Shown here one piece after another: positions 26,338 to 32,334 of a stretch of DNA of 32,334 bases. Source of the DNA: Myxococcales bacterium (lineage in GTDB: Bacteria > Myxococcota_A > Polyangia > Polyangiales > Polyangiaceae); contig JAYTOU010000069.1 of assembly GCA_043747615.1 (NCBI GenBank), positions 1-32,334 on the forward strand. Direction: 5' to 3'. The notes beneath the pieces were generated by a model. The model was given only the letters and a program-made list of their open reading frames with translations, was not told the origin of the DNA and ran no database searches. The translations under genes were made by a program, and so were the position numbers. Numbering within the stretch: position 1 is the first letter of the stretch; the number at the start of each line of letters is the position of its first letter.

Positions 26338-27124
26338 CGCGGGAGCAGGGATCGTTTGGGCGCTATTCATTGCTTGTGGGGGAGGGCTCAGCGCAGCACC
26401 AAGCGACGCCGCCGCTCCCGATGATGGAGGGAAAGCTGACGCGGGATGGACACCCTGTTCATCGCCGGGGGGTTATCGGGCATGTGGGGTTCCAGGTTGC
26501 GAGACGCCGCCATTAAAAGAGTGCGATTGTAACCCGGTCTGCCAAGGAGCGGCTGAGCGACACATCTGCATCTCGCAGGATCTTCTTGATCTCGAAATCA
26601 CGTTCCCTTGCCCGGAGGGCAATGTCTACGTCGACGAAGAGGGCTGTCCCGCATTTGACTCCGGACCCGCGGTAGGCACGAAGCCCTTCGGCTGCGCCCC
26701 ATTCGAGGTGGGTCAGCTCATGGCCAAGAACGGGGGCGCGGAAAACGCTCGCTACGCCGACCTCGGACTTTGGACGGGCGATCCGCTTCCTTCTACTGCC
26801 GTCTGCCCGACCCTCGACAAGATCACCGTCTGCGGTGGCAGCTGCGGCGGCTGTCCGAGTGGCCTCGTCTGCACTGGGCGCTCTCCGCTTCACCCCGTGG
26901 GCTTTTGCGTTCCACCTTCGCCGACGACAAAGCAATGCAATCCCAACGACGCGAATCCCCTCAATCCGCGGATATGCGCCATCGGTCAAGGTTGTTTCAC
27001 GTTCAAGGTGCAGTCGGAGGCACAGGCCGAAGCCGATAGATTTGGCATGTGCGTTCCGATGGACGAGTGCCAGGCCCTGGCCGCAAATCTCCCCGGAGGC
27101 GGGACATGCACGCCGCCGCAGTAG
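26315..27124 (+). CDS. Cys-rich lipoprotein (paralog A)
   Basis: RBS aaggagg; lipobox-like FIAC-GG; motifs RYAD, CGGSCGGCP, CTGRSPLHPVGFC, GMC, CQALAANLPGG. Confidence 0.8.
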   Translation: MRLTPLSSAGAGIVWALFIACGGGLSAAPSDAAAPDDGGKADAGWTPCSSPGGYRACGVPGCETPPLKECDCNPVCQGAAERHICISQDLLDLEITFPCPEGNVYVDEEGCPAFDSGPAVGTKPFGCAPFEVGQLMAKNGGAENARYADLGLWTGDPLPSTAVCPTLDKITVCGGSCGGCPSGLVCTGRSPLHPVGFCVPPSPTTKQCNPNDANPLNPRICAIGQGCFTFKVQSEAQAEADRFGMCVPMDECQALAANLPGGGTCTPPQ

Positions 27125-27945
27125 CGCGCCGCGCCCTCGGCCCGGTCGCTGCAGCACTGCTCTTCGCGTCATGTGGGGGTAGAGTGGGTGATCCGATTCC
27201 GGAGAGGGTTCTCAGCGATGCTCCTGCGCACCCAACATGCGCGAGCGCGGACGGCGTGCGCATTTGCGGCGGAAGCACCATGTGCCCGGAGATCACGGCT
27301 CCCGAGTGTCCGGGCTACGGCTGCGCGCCGGCGCACGACATCGCTTCGACGAGCATGGGTGTGGACGGCGGGATCTGCTGGGCCGATCTGCCGGACCAGG
27401 GAGGCTCCTCGTGTTCGGCTTGTGAGGACGGTCAAGTCTGTTTGCAGCGCGCGACCGACCAGCTCGTCTGCGTCTCTCCGCGCGTGTGCGAAGCGCTCTG
27501 GGATGCTGGGATCAAGCATGTGTGTCGGTACGCGGACAAGAGCGCCTACGATCATCAATCGTTTGCAACGTCGGACGGATGCCCAGCAAATGTAGACAGG
27601 CACATCGCGTGCGGTGGCGGATGCGGGCCTTGTCCCAATGGAGTTCGCTGTGTCGGCCGTTCGCCCACGCACCCATTTGGCCTTTGCACGGACGCCGCCG
27701 GGGTTCCAACCGTCGAGGTTTCACCCTGCTCCGTCACCCCGGGTCAACCCTCAATTCCCGGATGCAACGCTTTCAGCAGCGACAAGCATATCTCTGTCTG
27801 CATGATTTTCAGCGTACCCGCCGTGGATCGCCCCGCAGCTCTCCAATATGGGATGTGCCTCTTTCGCTCTCACTGCGTGGCGCTTGCCGCCTCGTTTCCC
27901 GGAGGCCTGGAGTGCTTTGACGATGATGGCCACCCTGCGATGTGA
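27106..27945 (+). CDS. Cys-rich lipoprotein (paralog B)
   Basis: RBS ggagg; lipobox FASC-GG; shares RYAD, CGGGCGPCP, CVGRSPTHPFGLC, GMC, CVALAASFPGG with paralog A. Confidence 0.8.
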   Translation: MHAAAVARRALGPVAAALLFASCGGRVGDPIPERVLSDAPAHPTCASADGVRICGGSTMCPEITAPECPGYGCAPAHDIASTSMGVDGGICWADLPDQGGSSCSACEDGQVCLQRATDQLVCVSPRVCEALWDAGIKHVCRYADKSAYDHQSFATSDGCPANVDRHIACGGGCGPCPNGVRCVGRSPTHPFGLCTDAAGVPTVEVSPCSVTPGQPSIPGCNAFSSDKHISVCMIFSVPAVDRPAALQYGMCLFRSHCVALAASFPGGLECFDDDGHPAM

Positions 27946-28036
27946 ACGGCAGTAGGCCGCGTGTCCGACTCGAGCGCAGGTGGCGAGTGGTGTCCTCAAG
28001 GGCCGTGTTCGCGAAGACCGAGATCCACCGCCCGCC

Positions 28037-28160
28037 TTAGCTGGCGCCCTCGGGTCCGGACTCGACGAAGGCGACATCCAGACGCGGCGGGCTCAGATGA
28101 TCGAAGTCTCCGTCGCACGTCACCAAGGTGGCGCCCAGAACAGATGCGGAGGCGGCAACC
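28037..28160 (-). pseudogene. C-terminal fragment of a PIN-domain (VapC-like) protein
   Basis: VAASASVLGATLVTCDGDFDHL matches the PIN C-terminal IAAxA...LVTxDxDF pattern; the N-terminal part is missing. Confidence 0.6.
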
Positions 28161-28279
28161 AGTTCATCCCGGAAACGGAGAAGGTCTTCAACCTGGGGGA
28201 GACCGACAAGTTCGATGTTGAGATCGATACGATCAAGTTCTCGGACGGGACGAGCGTGAGCCGAGAGGCGGCGGACTAG
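28157..28279 (+). pseudogene. C-terminal fragment of an unknown protein
   Basis: NQFIPETEKVFNLGETDKFDVEIDTIKFSDGTSV has gene-like GC3-rich codons but abuts the PIN fragment with no plausible own 5' end. Confidence 0.35.
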
Positions 28280-28432
28280 GCCTAGTGACCGGGTAGCTGC
28301 CGTTGATGATCCGGGACGGCCTGATTTTGCGTTCGCATCGACGAAGCCGGCGAGAAACACGTGCTCGGTTTGTACGAGGGCGAGCGCACCGCGGATCGAG
28401 GCTAAGCTCCCCTACCGCTTGGGGTGTCCTCA

Positions 28433-28460
28433 AAATCGCATAAGTTAGATTATGTAAACT
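28433..28460 (+). other. dif: dif-like XerC/XerD recombination site
   Basis: aaatcgcataa-gttaga-ttatgtaaact has the 11-6-11 layout and resembles E. coli dif (ggtgcgcataa-tgtata-ttatgttaaat); lies in an AT-rich intergenic island. Confidence 0.75.
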
Positions 28461-28568
28461 AACGTAACAATTGGACTTTACGGCGCGCGCCGCGTTACCC
28501 TGAACGGTTCGTTTTGCCTCTAAACGACGACGAGTGACTCGCTTCGCGAGCGACGTCCGCGCCATCGC

Positions 28569-28763
28569 TCAGGGCGCGCGCTTCGTCGGACGCCTCGGGG
28601 GCCGCTGCTTGCCGACGTACTTCTTTCGAAGTCGCGTGCCCTCCTTCCAGTACGCGTACCAGTACGGCCCGTGCTTCTTCGGGCACTTCCCGCAAAGAAC
28701 GTACTCCCGCCGGAGAGTCGCGTTTTTGGGGATCGAAGCGCGGGCGCGCTTCTTAGGTAACAT
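28569..28763 (-). CDS. Small basic DUF6788-like protein (CxxC...HGPYWY)
   Basis: RREYVLCGKCPKKHGPYWYAYWKEGTRLRKKYVGK. Confidence 0.7.
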   Translation of the reverse strand: MLPKKRARASIPKNATLRREYVLCGKCPKKHGPYWYAYWKEGTRLRKKYVGKQRPPRRPTKRAP

Positions 28764-28888
28764 CCCCTACGGTTACCCAACATGCGGGCGGTCTGCAAGC
28801 CGAGCGGAGCGCCGTGACGACTCGCTTCAGCCTCGTTTTCTTGGGTAACTCTCTTAGGTAACTTTTATGCTTGACGGTTACCTAAGAA
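28750..28888. repeat. Five copies of (TTC)TTRGGTAAC in both orientations (operator- or recombination-site-like)
   Basis: 28750-28761, inverted 28772-28780, 28838-28849, 28851-28862 and inverted 28877-28888, between the divergent DUF6788-like and WGR genes. Confidence 0.75.
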
Positions 28889-28897
28889 ACGCCCACC

Positions 28898-29380
28898 ATG
28901 AAATCCATGGACGATCTGGAACTCCGTCTCGATGATCCCGCCCGCAACCGCCATCGCCTCTACGGCATGACCGTCTGCCGAACTCTCTTCGGTGAGCTCT
29001 GCTTGAGGATCACCTGGGGCCGCATCGGCAACCGCGCGCTCCGATCACGGGATGAGGTCTTTGCCGATCGCCACGCCCTCGAGAAACGATGGGGAGTGCT
29101 CGTCGCCCGAAGGCAGCAGCACGGGTACGCGGTCTTCTCGGAAGTGCACACACCCGAGCAACGCCGCCCCCTACCCTCTCTCGCGCTCGAAGTAGCCCGT
29201 GATCTCGTCGAGGCTCATGGCCTGGGCATCAAGGATCCGGCGGTGCGGACGCTCGTGGCCCAGTGGCATGCAGCGACGCTGGAGCTCGCGCACTACCTCG
29301 AAGCGCGGCGCCCGGAAAACTTCGACCTCGTCGATGTTTCAACGCTCGCTGCCATGTATGTGGACGCGACCGCCGCGTAG
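28898..29380 (+). CDS. WGR-domain protein with C-terminal helical domain (paralog 2)
   Basis: LDDPARNRHRLY...TLFGELCLRITWGRIG; C-terminus VEAHG...DLVDVSTLAAMYVDA is closely similar to 1129-1644. Confidence 0.85.
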   Translation: MKSMDDLELRLDDPARNRHRLYGMTVCRTLFGELCLRITWGRIGNRALRSRDEVFADRHALEKRWGVLVARRQQHGYAVFSEVHTPEQRRPLPSLALEVARDLVEAHGLGIKDPAVRTLVAQWHAATLELAHYLEARRPENFDLVDVSTLAAMYVDATAA

Positions 29381-29452
29381 GTTTTTTCCCCGCTGGGGCC
29401 AACGACCCGAGCCGTCAGCAACCAGCGCGAGAGCTGTCCCTGCGAGACCCCG

Positions 29453-29716
29453 ATCGAGGTCGTTCACCGGAGCGAAGGCCTCTTCTGTGATGCGCCCTAC
29501 CTGACTAACTACGCAAATCTCACCTGGAATTGGAAGCTCACTCTCGCCTGCGTCGACGGGGTGGAGACGATCGTTCATTTCGTGAACCGGGCGGGCCTGG
29601 GCGCCGTTGCCGTGGTGCAGCTCGCGGTCGAGGGCGAGAAAATCTCCGTCGTGCGCGACTACGTCCACGTGGGATATCTGCTCCGTCATTCCGTCGTTTC
29701 GAGAGAAGCGCCATGA
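29453..29716 (+). pseudogene. C-terminal SnoaL-like fragment, probably from an ECF sigma factor
   Basis: Hand translation: PYLTNYANLTWNWKLTLACVDGVETIVHF...VVQLAVEGEKISVVRDYVHVGYLL*, resembling ECF sigma C-terminal extensions; no start codon or sigma core upstream. Confidence 0.5.
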
Positions 29717-30009
29717 CGCGGAGCTCTCTTTGTGAAATTCGAAGTGAGCTCATTAAGCTCTATTCAGTTTCAATTCATTGCGGCCCGATCGCGATCGGCG
29801 ACGGCCGGTGCTCGTCTGAGACGACGCTCGTGGGCACTGGGCCTGCGCGCTACGCCGTGCCGAGCTCGAGGCGATCGCCCCCCGCGCTTCGTGTGCACGG
29901 GCTTGCCCGGCTACGCCCTTATTCCATCCGCCGCGCGGGCGCGGAGGAGATTCGCCAGGCGCTTGACATCGCGCGGGCAACCCGGCTGAACTCTCGCGAG
30001 AGGTGCCAC

Positions 30010-30470
30010 TTGTCCACAGATCTCGTTCACGTGCGGGTCACGGAGGTTGACGAGCGGTTCATCCGCTTCACGCTCACGCTCGTCGACCCCTCGGCTTCGA
30101 TGTGTCTCGATGAGGCGTTCCTCCTCGAGCTCTTCGGTCTCGGGAACGACCGGGAGCCCGACGTCATCGGGGGCCCGCCCCTGCGGCCGGCCGCGCTCCA
30201 GAAGACGCGCCGCAAGATCGTCGATCGCGAGCCCGAGAAGATCGGCGCACCTTGCCGAGCAGATCGGCGTCATCGTCTCCGTCTTCGACGGCTACGAGTG
30301 GGCCGACCGCACCGGGCGGCGACACCGCGAGACACCCTCGATTACCTCCGGCGTGCGTCCCTTCGACGACGCCGCCGAAGCGGCGTTCCACACGTGGCTG
30401 ACGACCGAGGCGCTGACGAAGGAGCCAAGCGCGGACGCGCTGGAGGAAGACGTACAGCCGTCGGCAATTT
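30010..30470 (+). pseudogene. Possible frameshifted hypothetical gene
   Basis: Protein-like segment VRVTEVDERFIRFTLTLVDP...EPEKIG continues in another frame as HLAEQIGVIVSVFDGYEWAD...FHTWLTTEAL near 30248; boundaries approximate. Confidence 0.3.
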
Positions 30471-30531
30471 CTTATGGACATGTGCAGCCGAGGTGGTCGT
30501 TCTCCATGAAACTCAGTAGCCTTCGAGGTCG

Positions 30532-31362
30532 ATGGGGGATTGGGAACCGACGAAGATTCGCTGGGTCAACGACACCCTCGGCAGTAGTACGGGAGCGGCG
30601 CGAGTCGAGACGGACCGAGGGCCAGCCTACGCAAAGTTGCTCGGTAACCCGGAGGGGTCACAGGCCCTCTTTTGCGAATGGGTCGGAACCCGGGCTGCCG
30701 CTTGGCTTGGCCTTCCAACGTTCGCCGTGGCGGTTGTTGACGTCGGGACCCCCGGCCTGGTGACCTACCCGGACGGCTCCAGCTCAAAGGTCGGACCTGC
30801 CTTCCTTGCTCGCTCCCAAGAGGGAACCACCTGGGGCGGCGTGACCAAGGAGCTCGATGCGGTCGAGAACCCCGAGGTTCTCTCCGGACTGGTCGTCCTG
30901 GACACGTGGCTACTGAATTGTGACCGCTATAGGGCCGAAGGGCTGGAAGTGCGTCGGAACACCCGCAACGTCTTTCTCAGCGGCGAGGGCGCGTCTCGGG
31001 GGAAGTTTCGGCTGGTCGCGATGGACCACACCCACTGCTTCACCTGCGGCAGGGAGCTGGCCAAGGCCATCAAACACATCGACCGCGTGCGAGACGAAAG
31101 ACTTTACGGCAACTTCCCCGAGTTCAGGCCGTACCTGACACACGAAGCCGTCTCTCGGTACACCGCGCTCCTCAACGGCATCGACATGCAGGACGTTCAG
31201 GCCCTTTTTCAGGGTATCCCCTCCGCGTGGCTGCCTCAGCCTGAAATTGTGGCTGCGCTGATGGATTTCATAGGGGCTCGTGCCAGCTTCGTGGGCCAAA
31301 ACATACGCAAAATGCTAGTGGATCATGGCGACCTTCAGCCCCAACTTGAGCTAGGAGGTTAG
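30532..31362 (+). CDS. HipA-like kinase
   Basis: GSSTGA, YAK, LFCEWVG...LGLPT, LDTWLLNCDR, NVFL, MDH motifs of the HipA/PI3K-like kinase family. Confidence 0.85.
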   Translation: MGDWEPTKIRWVNDTLGSSTGAARVETDRGPAYAKLLGNPEGSQALFCEWVGTRAAAWLGLPTFAVAVVDVGTPGLVTYPDGSSSKVGPAFLARSQEGTTWGGVTKELDAVENPEVLSGLVVLDTWLLNCDRYRAEGLEVRRNTRNVFLSGEGASRGKFRLVAMDHTHCFTCGRELAKAIKHIDRVRDERLYGNFPEFRPYLTHEAVSRYTALLNGIDMQDVQALFQGIPSAWLPQPEIVAALMDFIGARASFVGQNIRKMLVDHGDLQPQLELGG

Positions 31363-31365
31363 GCG

Positions 31366-32163
31366 ATGGCATCGACGAAAGGCTTCTTCAGCGTCGTTCA
31401 GTTCTGCCCGGACTTTGATCGGGGGGAATGCGCGAACGTTGGCGTGGTGTTGGTTGTGCCCGAGCTTGGCTTCCTCGGAGTGCGTCTGAGCGAAGACAAC
31501 GAGGGCCCGAAGCAACGCTTCGGACGTGACGCTTACGACGACGGTCGCCTCTCCTTTGCGAAGAAGGCTTTGGAAGGGCGCGTTCAGAACGAGGGAAAGG
31601 ATTGGACCTCTTCTGAGAACCTCCTCAAGTTCGGCAAGAAGGAAGGAAACAATCTTCTCCTGTCACCACCGCGGGTCATCCTCGTTGAGGACGCTGATGC
31701 CGAGCTTGAAGAACTATTTCAAAGGCTAGTTCACGTAGACCCGCACACTCGTCGTCGGCAGGCCAAGCCTGATCTCAGAACCATCTTTGAACCCAAGCTT
31801 TTCGGGGTCCCGCTCCTCCGAAATCTCGCGGTTGAAGTGCCGGAGTACGGCACGCTAGAGATCCCGTACGCCTACCAGAATGGGGTCTTGAATCTGGTTC
31901 GACCAGAGGGGTTCCCGGTTGATCCTCAATCGGCAACTGCCAAGGCCAACGACCTAGCGGTCAAGGGCCACCTGCTATCCAGGCACCCCGGCCCCGAGGG
32001 AAAACCCCGGAAGCTGATCATCGTGGGCGGGTTCGACGCCACGGCTCCAGAAGATCTAAAGCACCGAATCGAGTTCGTGCTCAAGGAGCATGATGCACGT
32101 CTTGTACGCGAAGATCGGCTCGAAGCCTTCGTTGAAGAAGTAAGGCGACAGGCTCACAACTAA
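31366..32163 (+). CDS. DUF3037-domain protein
   Basis: FSVVQFCPDFDRGECANVGVVL...LEELFQRLV is the DUF3037 pattern; starts 3 bp after the HipA-like kinase; C-terminal YAYQNGVLNLV domain. Confidence 0.85.
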   Translation: MASTKGFFSVVQFCPDFDRGECANVGVVLVVPELGFLGVRLSEDNEGPKQRFGRDAYDDGRLSFAKKALEGRVQNEGKDWTSSENLLKFGKKEGNNLLLSPPRVILVEDADAELEELFQRLVHVDPHTRRRQAKPDLRTIFEPKLFGVPLLRNLAVEVPEYGTLEIPYAYQNGVLNLVRPEGFPVDPQSATAKANDLAVKGHLLSRHPGPEGKPRKLIIVGGFDATAPEDLKHRIEFVLKEHDARLVREDRLEAFVEEVRRQAHN

Positions 32164-32235
32164 GGACGGACGTTGCGGCCGTTCGGGTTCTCTTTGGCAG
32201 CGTTGAGGCGCCGGGAATCTCTCCCGACGCCGCCC

Positions 32236-32334
32236 CCCATTCCTCCACGACGTGGGTAGATCGTTGTGGAATCAGGGGGACTCCCGGAGACCATGGGACA
32301 CCGCGGGACGATCTGGGCGTTCACGATGGTCCGA
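32236..32334. repeat. 99-bp terminal direct repeat, copy 2 (circular-contig overlap)
   Basis: Identical to 1-99. Confidence 0.95.

Noticed and set aside
29530..30519. 329-aa ORF as an intact gene
   Set aside because: Mostly Arg-rich shadow-like sequence; only a central part looks protein-like and it appears to continue in another frame.
32236..32334. Terminal repeat as a biological direct terminal repeat of a linear phage
   Set aside because: It is exact and 99 bp long, matching a usual assembly k-mer, and no terminase is present; better explained as circular overlap.
1..32334. CRISPR array, tRNA/rRNA genes, conjugation genes
   Set aside because: No regularly spaced repeat-spacer array, RNA gene, relaxase or T4SS motif was seen by eye.

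Overview
This is most likely a complete circular element of about 32,235 bp: bases 1-99 are repeated exactly at 32236-32334, a typical assembler k-mer overlap. It is GC-rich, and its cargo genes (Ser/Thr kinase, FHA, TPR/PEGA, PGRS-like and Cys-rich lipoproteins) suggest a Polyangiales-type myxobacterial host (inference). The backbone is plasmid-like: an HTH replication initiator with an internal iteron/AT-rich origin candidate, a type Ib ParA plus ribbon-helix-helix partition pair, a serine resolvase with a res-like site, and a dif-like XerCD site. The notable part is a tightly coupled 13-gene operon (15801-24127) that looks like the morphogenesis module of a tailless, membrane-containing virus. 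It encodes a predicted single jelly-roll capsid protein, a transglutaminase-like Cys-His-Asp enzyme, a membrane-anchored 2xLysM protein, an Ala-rich pilot-like protein, a tandem beta-sandwich vertex-like protein, a membrane-anchored GH73-like muramidase, small membrane proteins and a very Arg-rich protein. I see no terminase, portal, tail, FtsK-type packaging ATPase, integrase or conjugation genes. Accessory content includes a host-like kinase/FHA/PEGA/PGRS cluster, a second stand-alone kinase, a HipA-like kinase plus DUF3037 pair, a Cys-rich exported-protein cassette, two WGR paralogs, a Tn3-derived miniature element and several gene remnants. All family assignments come from motif recognition by eye; no database searches were run.
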